Position numbers and translations under genes: made by a program. From IMG/VR virus record IMGVR_UViG_3300011268_001497, positions 1-64,000 of that record: DNA of 64,000 nt; one strand, given 5' to 3'. The first letter of the stretch is position 1; each line of letters opens with the position of its first letter. Shown piece after piece: positions 8,553 through 16,421 of this stretch. The stretch comes from a virus. A model generated the notes under the pieces. That model was not told the origin of the DNA. It did no database searches and was given only the letters and a program-made list of their open reading frames with translations.

Positions 8553-10145
8553 ATGCTGGGAGTACCGCATCCGACGAACGATCCGTCGCTTGTTTCTTAC
8601 CATAGACCAGAGCTGATTCGTCAGTTGCCAGCATTAGAGCTTGCGCACCATTGTTGGCATTTGCTCGATAGCACTTATGTCGACAAGAGTGGAAATACAA
8701 GAAATATCAAAGAAAGGTATTTGGTTCAGGAGCCTGCAGAACCAAGAAAGGCTTATGAGGCACGTCTTAATAGATCAACTTACGCCCCCATTTATCGGGA
8801 CAGTATTCGTGCTTATGCTGGACTGCTGAATCGCTTCCAGTTAGTCGATGTCCCTCAGTCGATGCTGGACGCAGAGAAAGATATCGATCTGCAAGGGGAA
8901 AGCATTCAAAGCTTTTACAACCGTTGTGACGAGAAGGCACTAAGAGACGGCGGTGTCTTCATCATGGTTGACATGACGCCTGAAAGTGGCGAAGTCAATT
9001 TCCTTGATGAACAGCAGAATGGAAGACGGCCATATTTAATTATGGTCGAGCGTAGCAATGTAATCAACTGGTCTATTGATTACAGCTCTGGACGTGAGCG
9101 CGTTGGACATGTCACTATTCGGCAATTCCGCCAGCGTCAAATACCCGGTAGCTTTGGTGTAGAACTAGACGCAATTTATCATGTCCTTCGGCCTAATCTG
9201 GTTCAAACATACAGAATGGAGAAGCAGGGGCGCGAGTGGCGTCAGATCCTGGAAAGAGAAGTCGAAACCTCGATCCCAGTGGTCCCTCTCGTCTGGTATG
9301 GCGCAACTGATCCGCACTTTGCGCATGGCGATCTTCCGCTGAACGGATTGGCTGAACTTTCTATCCAGCACTTCCAAATGAGGTCAGACCTTAATGAGTT
9401 GCTGCATAAATGCGCGATGCCAGTGCCGGTTAGAACCGGAGCAAGAATTGGCCCTGACGGAAAACCTGTTCCCTTGATCCTCGGTCCAAATACCGCCGTA
9501 GATCTCGAAGTAGAGGGTGGCAAGTTTGAATTTGCTGAGCCTTCAGGTAGAAGTCTTGAGCGTCACCAGGCTGAAATCAGTCATCTCGAATCCTTGATGG
9601 ATCGCAGTAGCCTGAACTTCCTGTACGGCGCCAATATCAAGACAGCAACAGAAGCATCGTTAAGAGCCTCTCAGATTGCTTCTCAAGTAGCCGCTTTGGT
9701 TCGCAATAAGAGCGCTTCGTTCAACATGGTAATGAAGCTGTGGGCTGCTTACAGCGGGGAGATGGCGCAGCTCATGCCTGAATCCGGCATTGCGATCAAC
9801 GACTCTCTGATCAACCGTCCACTGGGGGCTTCCGAGATTGCACAGTTGGTCAATCTGTACTCGCAGGGTATTCTCTCGAAGAGAACAGTTTTGGATGAGT
9901 TGCAGCGTGGCGGCATCCTGGATCCAGATCTCAAGATCGAGGAGGAGATTACGAGAACTGAAGAGGATCATCAGGATCAGCTCGAAGATTCCATTGATGA
10001 TGAAGTAACAAGACAGGAGGCATTGAATGGAGCCGTACCTGGATCTTCGGATAGCCGTCCAGACTCCAATGACGGTTCTGGGGATTCTATGGATGGAGTA
10101 GATACGCCCGAAAGATCTCAGGCTTCGGCCAGCAGGGCGCAGTAA
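8553..10145 (+). CDS. putative portal protein
   Basis: 530 aa; only portal-sized ORF near the terminase; N-terminal half (KAYEARLNRSTYAPIYRDSIRAYAGLL) recalls DUF4055-type portals; acidic Ser/Asp-rich C-terminal tail; family recalled, not searched. Confidence 0.6.
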   Translation: MLGVPHPTNDPSLVSYHRPELIRQLPALELAHHCWHLLDSTYVDKSGNTRNIKERYLVQEPAEPRKAYEARLNRSTYAPIYRDSIRAYAGLLNRFQLVDVPQSMLDAEKDIDLQGESIQSFYNRCDEKALRDGGVFIMVDMTPESGEVNFLDEQQNGRRPYLIMVERSNVINWSIDYSSGRERVGHVTIRQFRQRQIPGSFGVELDAIYHVLRPNLVQTYRMEKQGREWRQILEREVETSIPVVPLVWYGATDPHFAHGDLPLNGLAELSIQHFQMRSDLNELLHKCAMPVPVRTGARIGPDGKPVPLILGPNTAVDLEVEGGKFEFAEPSGRSLERHQAEISHLESLMDRSSLNFLYGANIKTATEASLRASQIASQVAALVRNKSASFNMVMKLWAAYSGEMAQLMPESGIAINDSLINRPLGASEIAQLVNLYSQGILSKRTVLDELQRGGILDPDLKIEEEITRTEEDHQDQLEDSIDDEVTRQEALNGAVPGSSDSRPDSNDGSGDSMDGVDTPERSQASASRAQ

Positions 10146-10177
10146 ATTTAAGTAGACTAAAGAAACGATTTAGTCAA

Positions 10178-10378
10178 ATGTTCATCGCAAGGTTTTATTT
10201 CAAGCCTGAGCATGCTGACCAATTCTGTTGGCAAGCAGGCCAGAACGTCCAAGAGGCGATCTGGGATGACATTCGGGATCTTATCGCCTTCTGCCAAGAG
10301 GTCGAAGATGCCATTGAAGACTGTGTCGTCTTGACAGCAGATGGTATTCTTCAGCTTAGTCAGATGACTATGCCCTGA
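10178..10378 (+). CDS. hypothetical protein (66 aa)
   Basis: ORF track; stop overlaps next ATG (TGATG). Confidence 0.45.
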   Translation: MFIARFYFKPEHADQFCWQAGQNVQEAIWDDIRDLIAFCQEVEDAIEDCVVLTADGILQLSQMTMP

Positions 10379-10728
10379 TGCACCCATTTGATGCGGGTAA
10401 ATTCATCCGCTCGCCTGGCGGAGGGTTTACCTATGAGGTCCTAGGGCCATGCTGTCAGCTTTATGATAGAGAAGAGCTGCCGTGGCCATGTTGTAGTTTG
10501 CAGTGGCGAGGCAAACAGCCAAGCTGGAATCGTGTCGGCAAGCGATTCGTACCAGACACAGGATCCTCAAGATGCCCCAGCTATGCCGTAGCAGCAAAAG
10601 ACCTACTGGGGAACAGCTGGACTCAGGTGCTGACGGTATATCAGGAACGGCTCACAAAGTATGAAAAAGACTGGTGGTACAGTAGAATTGCACCAGGCAA
10701 GTCGTACCCAGATCATCCGAATGTCTGA
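10378..10728 (+). CDS. hypothetical protein (116 aa, Trp/Cys-rich)
   Basis: ORF track; translationally coupled on both sides. Confidence 0.5.
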   Translation: MHPFDAGKFIRSPGGGFTYEVLGPCCQLYDREELPWPCCSLQWRGKQPSWNRVGKRFVPDTGSSRCPSYAVAAKDLLGNSWTQVLTVYQERLTKYEKDWWYSRIAPGKSYPDHPNV

Positions 10729-10885
10729 AGGCGGATTCGACAAGGATTTTTGGACTCGTGTCCTTGATCAAAATAATCTTGAAAGCCCCGGCTACCATGA
10801 GGCTGTAAGGGATGCCAAGGAGATCAGTCGCCTAAAGAAGCAGGAGAAGCTTAATCCTACAGAAAAGAAGAAGAGCAAGAAATGA
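10721..10885 (+). CDS. hypothetical small protein with Lys-rich tail
   Basis: ORF 10661..10885, ATG at 10721 overlaps previous stop by 8 nt; MSEGGFDKDFWTRVLDQNNLESPGYHEA...KKKSKK. Confidence 0.4.
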   Translation: MSEGGFDKDFWTRVLDQNNLESPGYHEAVRDAKEISRLKKQEKLNPTEKKKSKK

Positions 10886-10916
10886 TAGCGCCGACTTTTG
10901 CTGTTTTTAACTTAAA

Positions 10917-11159
10917 ATGGAAGCAGGTCTTCCATCCGCTTCGCTTCAAATGTCTTCAGATGCAGAGAGCTTTTGGCAGGCGGTCGAAAGGATTGACAAG
11001 TCTTCTGGTGCTTTTGCAGCGCTAGTTTTTATATTGCTCTTTTTGGTACTTTATTTCGGGCTGTCTTTACTGGCAGCTTGGGCTGTCTCGACGACCATAA
11101 ATAGTCCGTTTTGGCTGACGGCTCTTTCTATCTTTCTTCTTAAGCTTGTATTCTCTTGA
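10917..11159 (+). CDS. hypothetical membrane protein (80 aa)
   Basis: Two hydrophobic helices (FAALVFILLFLVLYFGLSLLAAWAV; FWLTALSIFLLKLVF). Confidence 0.45.
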   Translation: MEAGLPSASLQMSSDAESFWQAVERIDKSSGAFAALVFILLFLVLYFGLSLLAAWAVSTTINSPFWLTALSIFLLKLVFS

Positions 11160-11160
11160 A

Positions 11161-11454
11161 ATGAAACAGTCAAGACATGCAAGATATATGCAACAAAAAA
11201 GAAGAGAGAACCGAGATAGGTTAGTCAGTTTATTTGGGGGCAAATGCATTCGCTGTGGATTCGCCGACCATCCCTCTGCTTTTGACTTTCATCATATTGA
11301 CCCCTCAACAAAAGAGATTTCTAGCTCGCTGGCTCAAATGAGTCTTAAGTACGAAAAAGTTGAGAAGGAAGCGGCTAAGTGCATTATGGTTTGCGCCAAC
11401 TGTCATCGCGAAATTCATGCTAGACTTAGCGAGCTACAACGTGAGCCGACGTAG
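11161..11454 (+). CDS. HNH endonuclease
   Basis: ORF 11146..11454, ATG at 11161; CIRCG...FDFHHIDPSTK...CIMVCANCHREIHA; last 10 nt overlap tRNA-Arg. Confidence 0.8.
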   Translation: MKQSRHARYMQQKRRENRDRLVSLFGGKCIRCGFADHPSAFDFHHIDPSTKEISSSLAQMSLKYEKVEKEAAKCIMVCANCHREIHARLSELQREPT

Positions 11455-11517
11455 TTCAGCGGATAGAACAACGCTCTTCTAAAGCGTGTGTCGCAGGTTC
11501 GATTCCTGCCGTCGGTG
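11445..11517 (+). tRNA. tRNA-Arg (anticodon TCT)
   Basis: Hand fold: GCCGACG/CGTCGGT acceptor (one G-U), D arm GTTC..GAAC, anticodon arm ACGCT-CTTCTAA-AGCGT, T arm GCAGG-TTCGATT-CCTGC; CCA encoded at 11518-11520. Confidence 0.85.
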
Positions 11518-11520
11518 CCA

Positions 11521-11593
11521 GCTCCTCTAGCAATCTGGTGAATGCAGCGGACTCATAATCCGCCTTAGGCGAGTTCGATCCTCGCGGGGAGCA
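11521..11593 (+). tRNA. tRNA with CAT anticodon (elongator Met or Ile-lysidine type)
   Basis: Acceptor GCTCCTC/GGGGAGC, anticodon arm GCGGA-CTCATAA-TCCGC, T arm GCGAG-TTCGATC-CTCGC; CCA encoded 11594-11596; no initiator features (no GGG/CCC anticodon stem). Confidence 0.85.
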
Positions 11594-11599
11594 CCACAA

Positions 11600-11682
11600 G
11601 CCACGATGCTGAAACTGGTAAACAGAACGCACTTAAAATGCGTCGGCCCTTGGTCTTACGGGTTCGATTCCCGTTCGTGGCA
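11600..11682 (+). tRNA. tRNA-Leu (anticodon TAA), class II with long variable arm
   Basis: Acceptor GCCACGA/TCGTGGC, anticodon arm ACGCA-CTTAAAA-TGCGT, 14-nt variable arm, T arm ACGGG-TTCGATT-CCCGT; 83 nt; no encoded CCA. Confidence 0.85.
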
Positions 11683-12012
11683 CTAATCAAGCTGCTTTAC
11701 ACCCGCATGCACTTCGGCGTGACAGTTGGCGCAAAGCAGAGCACACTTATCAATTTCGTCTTTCAGCATTTGAATGCTAGCCCTTCTTTCGAGTGCCGAA
11801 ACAGATGCGATCTTGGTAGAAGGATCCCTGTGGTGAAAATGCATTACCCTTGGATGGTATTTAGTATTACAGAGCTCACATGGATTATCCTTGGCATCAA
11901 TAACAAGGTTCCTCTTTGTGATAATCCCGCCTTGCTGGGATCTCGGCTTTTTATTGCGTTTATGCCATTCACGTTGATAGACCCTCTGAGTCTCTCTATC
12001 CTTGTAGGCCAC
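11683..12012 (-). CDS. HNH endonuclease (paralogue of 11161..11454)
   Basis: 109 aa; CELCN...MHFHHRDPSTK...CALLCANCHAEVHA; stop codon abuts the 3' end of tRNA-Leu. Confidence 0.8.
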   Translation of the reverse strand: MAYKDRETQRVYQREWHKRNKKPRSQQGGIITKRNLVIDAKDNPCELCNTKYHPRVMHFHHRDPSTKIASVSALERRASIQMLKDEIDKCALLCANCHAEVHAGVKQLD

Positions 12013-12079
12013 GTCTCGACGCGCTTATCACCTATTGTATCTAAATCGCTTAGAATATGAGCGACCAATATTTGACATT

Positions 12080-12256
12080 ATGAACTGCCCCAAATGCTTA
12101 AACGTTTCCAACTTGATGGGATCAGAGGGGCTGGGCCATACGGTGCGGCGTTGGCGCAGGTGTCCTAAGTGCGATTACAAATTCCATACTTACGAGGTTC
12201 CCGAGCAGAACCTTAAAACGGCTGCGGAATTTGCGCAAAAATCAAATTCAATGTGA
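12080..12256 (+). CDS. NrdR-like zinc-ribbon protein without ATP-cone (58 aa)
   Basis: ORF 12035..12256, ATG at 12080; MNCPKC...GHTVRRWRRCPKCDYKFHTYE matches the N-terminal zinc ribbon of NrdR (M.CP.C...RRRR.C..C..RFTTYE); ends about 20 aa later. Confidence 0.6.
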   Translation: MNCPKCLNVSNLMGSEGLGHTVRRWRRCPKCDYKFHTYEVPEQNLKTAAEFAQKSNSM

Positions 12257-12289
12257 AAAAACTTAAAATGGCGACAGGGTTTGCGCAAA
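12230..12289. repeat. two copies of the 12-mer TTTGCGCAAAAA (palindromic core TTTGCGCAAA) exactly 50 bp apart
   Basis: 12230-12241 and 12280-12291 region; first copy lies in the 3' end of the NrdR-like ORF, second in the spacer upstream of the RlpA-like gene. Confidence 0.6.
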
Positions 12290-12393
12290 AACAAGACTCG
12301 AGGTAAACTATCCCAAGTCGTATTTTTTTTGCGGCTTCAGGCCATGCCTGCCCTGGCATTGGGGATCAATGTCGTTGAGTTCTATTTAAATTA

Positions 12394-12765
12394 TTGAGTA
12401 AAACCATCTTTGCTGCCTGCGTGCTGTTTGGTTGCGCATTCACCACCCAGGTAGGCCCCGCCCATGCCAAGAACATGGGCTGTTCTTTTGCGTCTCATTA
12501 TGGGATTGGAGACGGTTACCATGGTCAACGAACTGCAAGCGGAGAACGGTTCAATGCTTATGGATTAACTGCAGCTCACAGATCTCTGCCATTCGGCACA
12601 AAATTAAAAATCACCGATCAGTCAACCGGTAAAAGCGTAATTGTGCGCATCAATGATCGGGGTCCATACGTTTACGAGAGATCTGTCGATCTCAGCTATG
12701 GTGCATTTTCGGCAATCCGTCATCCAGGTACTGGCGTTACGCGGGTTTGTATTGCTAAAATCTAG
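12394..12765 (+). CDS. secreted RlpA-like double-psi beta-barrel (DPBB) protein, possible lytic transglycosylase
   Basis: 123 aa, TTG start; signal peptide MSKTIFAACVLFGCAFTTQVGPAHA; ASHYG..GYHGQRTASGERFN..TAAHRSLPFGTKLKITD..GKSVIVRINDRGPY. Confidence 0.8.
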   Translation: MSKTIFAACVLFGCAFTTQVGPAHAKNMGCSFASHYGIGDGYHGQRTASGERFNAYGLTAAHRSLPFGTKLKITDQSTGKSVIVRINDRGPYVYERSVDLSYGAFSAIRHPGTGVTRVCIAKI

Positions 12766-12795
12766 TGGGCTACTGCCCATCGTCTGGCACGCTGA

Positions 12796-12818
12796 GCGGG
12801 CTTTGGCCCGCTTTTTTT
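12796..12818 (+). terminator. rho-independent terminator
   Basis: GCGGGC-TTTG-GCCCGC followed by TTTTTTT. Confidence 0.8.
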
Positions 12819-12872
12819 GTTGACAATCTACTGTCCGGGTGCTATGATTGGGGAGATTCATAGGATTATTCC

Positions 12873-13382
12873 ATGCCTCTCAAGCACACACCGGGAAAAA
12901 GACGCACAAATAAAACTCTGACCGAGTTTGCGATCCATGCTGTCGAGGAATATCTCGGCGGATCAAGGGAGCGCTACTGGGAAAAAGGAAACACAGCGGC
13001 CTATGTCGACGACGATATGAGCCTTGTTGTAACACTCGTTGATAAACCCATCCTAAGGATCAAGCGGAAGGACAACAAGCCTGAGCAGGTCAACGTCTAC
13101 GCTGGTGGCGTCTATGACGAGAACGGTAACCCCACGAACCTAACGAGAGAACGACTGAACGGACTACTGGATGCATTGGGTGCGGCACAGGTTATCCCTC
13201 AAAACGTAAGAGTGTCTTATGACCCTTCTTATTCGATGTGCTACCTCCTTCAAGGTGAACAAAGAGTGGCTCTGAATAAAAATTACTGCACCATGGTTGG
13301 GGTCAAGTCACATCCAAACGATTTCTGCATTGGCGACATGGAAATTGTTTCAAGATCAAGGAAACATAATATATCTCAATAA
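12873..13382 (+). CDS. hypothetical protein (169 aa)
   Basis: ORF track; clean ATG after the terminator/intergenic gap. Confidence 0.55.
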   Translation: MPLKHTPGKRRTNKTLTEFAIHAVEEYLGGSRERYWEKGNTAAYVDDDMSLVVTLVDKPILRIKRKDNKPEQVNVYAGGVYDENGNPTNLTRERLNGLLDALGAAQVIPQNVRVSYDPSYSMCYLLQGEQRVALNKNYCTMVGVKSHPNDFCIGDMEIVSRSRKHNISQ

Positions 13383-13386
13383 TATC

Positions 13387-13545
13387 ATGACCAAAAAGCC
13401 AGGTCTTTACGCCAATATCGCTGCCAAACGTAAAAGGATTGAAGCCGGCAGTGATGAACGGATGCGCAAGCCTGGCTCAAAAGGTGCTCCAACTGCTGCC
13501 GATTTTCGTGCTGCCGCAAAAACCGCTAAAAAGAAAAAGAAATGA
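13387..13545 (+). CDS. hypothetical small basic protein (52 aa)
   Basis: ORF 13297..13545, ATG at 13387 right after previous stop; MTKKPGLYANIAAKRKRIEAG...AAKTAKKKKK. Confidence 0.5.
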   Translation: MTKKPGLYANIAAKRKRIEAGSDERMRKPGSKGAPTAADFRAAAKTAKKKKK

Positions 13546-13697
13546 TTTCACGAAAGCCTAGAAAGATGACCACAGCAGAGAAGTATAAGTCTCTGAAGCG
13601 TCAGACTGAACAGGCTGGCATGAAGGTCACTGAAAAAGATGGCAAGCTTGTAGTTTCAAGGAAGAAAAGTGGCAAAGAAAAAAGATCCAAGGCTTGA
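13542..13697 (+). CDS. possible small basic ORF (51 aa), below ORF-track cutoff
   Basis: Hand translation MISRKPRKMTTAEKYKSLKRQTEQAGMKVTEKDGKLVVSRKKSGKEKRSKA*; ATGA overlap with previous stop; overlaps next ORF by 29 nt. Confidence 0.3.
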   Translation: MISRKPRKMTTAEKYKSLKRQTEQAGMKVTEKDGKLVVSRKKSGKEKRSKA

Positions 13698-13959
13698 GCG
13701 AGCTGGTGTTGAAGGCTATAACAAGCCCAAGAGAACGCCGAATCACCCTACGAAAAGTCATATTGTAGTCGCCAAGGACGGAGACAAGGTTAAGACCATT
13801 CGGTTTGGTGAGCAGGGCGCTGAAACTGCTGGTAAGCCAAAGGCTGGCGAGAGCGAAGCAATGAAGGATAAGCGAGCATCATTCAAGGCTCGCCATGCAA
13901 AAAACATTGCAAAAGGCAAAATGTCGGCTGCTTATTGGGCTAATCGTGTCAAATGGTAG
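13669..13959 (+). CDS. hypothetical conserved-looking basic protein (96 aa)
   Basis: GTG start; ...KSHIVVAKDGDKVKTIRFGEQG...ASFKARHAKNIAKGKMSAAYWANRVKW; resembles a small family I recall from marine phages (not verified). Confidence 0.55.
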   Translation: MAKKKDPRLERAGVEGYNKPKRTPNHPTKSHIVVAKDGDKVKTIRFGEQGAETAGKPKAGESEAMKDKRASFKARHAKNIAKGKMSAAYWANRVKW

Positions 13960-13988
13960 AGGAAAACTAAACAAGAATATTAAAATAA

Positions 13989-14759
13989 ATGCCAAACCAG
14001 CATTCTATGGACAAGGACCATATTGTCCTACTGGAAAAGCTGGATCGCATGATTATTATAGCAGAAGGAAGTGATATAGATGAAAGTCTAAGAAGGCGAA
14101 TGTATGCAATACGAAGCCTTTTGGTTGTTCATGCTAACAGATCTAATGATTTGAAAGAAGAGGTAACTGAAATTGTTTCAACAAATAAAACTAAAATTTT
14201 AATTGTTGGGGCATTATTTACTGCTTTAATCGGGGTGCCTTATATCCTTGTTTCAAGAACAACCATAGGCATCCCGAAGGCTATTATGTGCAAGGAATTT
14301 GATACAACCAGTTTTATGTACCCAGGGAAAATTCAGGTATGTATCAATGGTATAACTAAGGCGTATTCGCCAGAAAATGGAGATGCTGAAATTGATTTAA
14401 CATTTATGCAAAGTCCAACAGAAAGAATACAGGCAGACGTTGTATTCTGGTTGGCTGACGAAATCTCTGGCAAAAAAGTTGATTACACAGATGAATACAA
14501 CACAGAAAGAATACGAATCTATGATAAAGGATGGCTTGTTAGTGACAAATCTGAAAAATTTAGCGGATGGAGTAAGCCATTAGTGCCAGCCGATGTCAGA
14601 TCAGATTTATGGAAGTGGGTTCATCATTGCCGCAATCGCTTAATAAGAGATAGGCCTCCAATAGAGGAAGTTGTGCAAGACATGGTTGCACGCTTAGGAG
14701 GTACCATTGCCACTATTGGTAGCATTATTATTACTGCTTATAGATTTTTTAGAGCTTGA
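13989..14759 (+). CDS. hypothetical membrane-anchored protein (256 aa)
   Basis: ORF track; internal TM helix ILIVGALFTALIGVPYILV and C-terminal hydrophobic segment. Confidence 0.55.
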   Translation: MPNQHSMDKDHIVLLEKLDRMIIIAEGSDIDESLRRRMYAIRSLLVVHANRSNDLKEEVTEIVSTNKTKILIVGALFTALIGVPYILVSRTTIGIPKAIMCKEFDTTSFMYPGKIQVCINGITKAYSPENGDAEIDLTFMQSPTERIQADVVFWLADEISGKKVDYTDEYNTERIRIYDKGWLVSDKSEKFSGWSKPLVPADVRSDLWKWVHHCRNRLIRDRPPIEEVVQDMVARLGGTIATIGSIIITAYRFFRA

Positions 14760-15031
14760 TGAAGTAGAGCGATCAGATAATTTTTCAATTCCAAATGTTG
14801 ACAATGCTGCAGTAAAAACTGAAGCTATGAACGCTTCGTCAGGATTTTTTACTAAATTCATGTACCCGGCTGTCAGTAAACCGGCGGACCAGATTAAAAC
14901 ACAACATCTAATTACTGCTGCTATCGTGTTGGGTTGTAATTTTCGGCGTGAAACAGCCATTCAACCTGTACCAAAAGCACATCGCTAGCTTAGGCTCCCC
15001 ATGGAATACTTAACCTGTGTTGGTGGCGGTG

Positions 15032-15133
15032 ATGGATTTTCCCTGGGACGTTGCAATAGGACTGGCAGTGGTATTATCAGGCACATTAGCTGCAATTGTC
15101 TATATCCTTTTGCTTGATCAGATCGAGTCATGA
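15032..15133 (+). CDS. possible very small membrane protein (33 aa)
   Basis: Hand translation MDFPWDVAIGLAVVLSGTLAAIVYILLLDQIES*; ATGA overlap with next ORF. Confidence 0.25.
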   Translation: MDFPWDVAIGLAVVLSGTLAAIVYILLLDQIES

Positions 15134-15309
15134 CGGCAAAGGAAAAGGCACTGTATGCACTATTTCGCGGCAGAATTAATGTCCCAACTGCGGCAAAGCA
15201 CTGCGGACTGGCAACTGAACAGATGAAAGAGGAATTCCGTAATTATGCACGCAAGACCCCAGTCGACGACTGGGAACTTGACATTGTCCCTTGCTGGCCC
15301 TACAGTTGA
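15130..15309 (+). CDS. possible small protein (59 aa), below ORF-track cutoff
   Basis: Hand translation MTAKEKALYALFRGRINVPTAAKHCGLATEQMKEEFRNYARKTPVDDWELDIVPCWPYS*. Confidence 0.35.
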   Translation: MTAKEKALYALFRGRINVPTAAKHCGLATEQMKEEFRNYARKTPVDDWELDIVPCWPYS

Positions 15310-15330
15310 TCGGTCCATCTATAAGCGGTT

Positions 15331-15507
15331 ATGCCGAGCGACGTTGCCGCCTGCATGGATGATCTTTGCCCCTCTAGGGAAAACTGTGTTAGGTACATGA
15401 TGAAAGCCAGCAGGCCCTATCAGTGGTATGCAGCTTTTAGCCATAAAGGCGACTCATGCAACTATTATATTCCGCTAAGGCAAGGTGAACCATCTTCTCC
15501 GCGATAA
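15331..15507 (+). CDS. possible small Cys-containing protein (58 aa), below ORF-track cutoff
   Basis: Hand translation MPSDVAACMDDLCPSRENCVRYMMKASRPYQWYAAFSHKGDSCNYYIPLRQGEPSSPR*. Confidence 0.35.
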   Translation: MPSDVAACMDDLCPSRENCVRYMMKASRPYQWYAAFSHKGDSCNYYIPLRQGEPSSPR

Positions 15508-15694
15508 AATAGCCAGAGAAATGTGGCGAATGTGGGTCGAGGCCAACAGTCCCCATCTTGACGGCAGAAACTGCCCAAGAGAATTCTATTTCATGGCTGA
15601 GATTGCAATGAAATGTGTCTGCAAGGAGCTTGACGACATGATCCTTGATATTGTTAGACAACGCCTCGAAGGCCTCTACGAAACCGAATCCTGA
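15485..15694 (+). CDS. hypothetical protein (69 aa)
   Basis: ORF track, GTG start; overlaps previous small ORF by 23 nt so the start is uncertain. Confidence 0.45.
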   Translation: MNHLLRDKIAREMWRMWVEANSPHLDGRNCPREFYFMAEIAMKCVCKELDDMILDIVRQRLEGLYETES

Positions 15695-15698
15695 CCAC

Positions 15699-15887
15699 AT
15701 GAAAAAAAGCGAGCTTTTCATTGCCTTTTTTGCTGGCTTTGCCGTAACAGTTTCCGCTTACACTATTGAAGGAACAAGAAAGGCTAGTCCGCTCAATCCA
15801 GAGATGATTAAACTTTGCCAACACGGCAATTTTCATCCAAGCTGCGATTCCCATCGTTCCAGTGACGTATCACGCCTGCAACAATAA
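15699..15887 (+). CDS. hypothetical small secreted/membrane protein (62 aa)
   Basis: ORF 15645..15887, ATG at 15699; MKKSELFIAFFAGFAVTVSAYT signal-like N-terminus. Confidence 0.45.
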   Translation: MKKSELFIAFFAGFAVTVSAYTIEGTRKASPLNPEMIKLCQHGNFHPSCDSHRSSDVSRLQQ

Positions 15888-15918
15888 ATAAATTAGTCGT
15901 TAAATACGAAACAAATAT

Positions 15919-15959
15919 CGCCGTTCTGATCAATGCGATCAGGTCGGCGTATTTTTTTT
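15919..15959 (+). terminator. rho-independent terminator
   Basis: CGCCGTTCTGATC-AATGC-GATCAGGTCGGCG followed by TATTTTTTTT. Confidence 0.75.
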
Positions 15960-16019
15960 GTTCGATGTCCCTTTTCACCTAAGGCTTTCGCCCATATTGC
16001 CCAGATTTTACTTCTCACA

Positions 16020-16092
16020 AGCCCCCAGATGGAATTGAACCATCCTCTCCGCTTTACAAGAGCGGTGCATCGCCACTGAATGCTTTAAGGGC
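16020..16092 (-). tRNA. tRNA-Thr (anticodon TGT)
   Basis: Hand fold of reverse complement: acceptor GCCCTTA/TGGGGGC (two G-U), D arm GCAT-TCAGTGGCG-ATGC, anticodon arm CCGCT-CTTGTAA-AGCGG, T arm GATGG-TTCAATT-CCATC; 73 nt. Confidence 0.75.
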
Positions 16093-16121
16093 ATCCCCCA
16101 GTTTACCGGAGGATTCGGGTA

Positions 16122-16421
16122 CTAAAAGGCTCTTGAGAGGCGCTTGCGGGGTCTTAGGACTCGTGTCTTGAAAACCTGCTTCCGAAGGCCAAGGGCTTCT
16201 CGTACTTCAGGGTTCACTACAAACGTAGGGTTGCCAGTCTTCGGAGAGACCCCTTTGCGGCTCAGGAGACCCATCCTGGAGCATAGGTTCATGGTCCGGT
16301 GTTGGATGTGCAGGATCTCCCTGAGGGGCTGGTATTCCCGAGGCTCTGACCCCCTTCTAGTGTAAATGTCAAATTCCTCTACAAAACGACGTTGAGCTGG
16401 TGTGAGTTTGAGATTGGTCAT
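16122..16421 (-). CDS. hypothetical protein, possible winged-helix DNA-binding regulator
   Basis: ORF 16122..16445 (TTG), ATG at 16421 preferred; isolated minus-strand gene facing a 200-bp AT-rich divergent region; the DNA-binding guess is weak. Confidence 0.45.
   Translation of the reverse strand: MTNLKLTPAQRRFVEEFDIYTRRGSEPREYQPLREILHIQHRTMNLCSRMGLLSRKGVSPKTGNPTFVVNPEVREALGLRKQVFKTRVLRPRKRLSRAF

Noticed and set aside
14694-14988. Overlapping ORFs 14707..14988 (+) and 14694..14960 (-) after the 256-aa membrane protein gene
   Set aside because: Neither has a convincing start or recognisable features. The + ORF begins inside the preceding gene in another frame, and the - ORF is antisense in an otherwise rightward block. 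The region is left unannotated.
16020-16092. tRNA-Thr as evidence of a lysogeny/integration module
   Set aside because: No integrase, excisionase or recognisable CI/Cro pair is present in the 64 kb. A phage-encoded tRNA alone does not indicate an attP site. It is retained only as a low-interest check.
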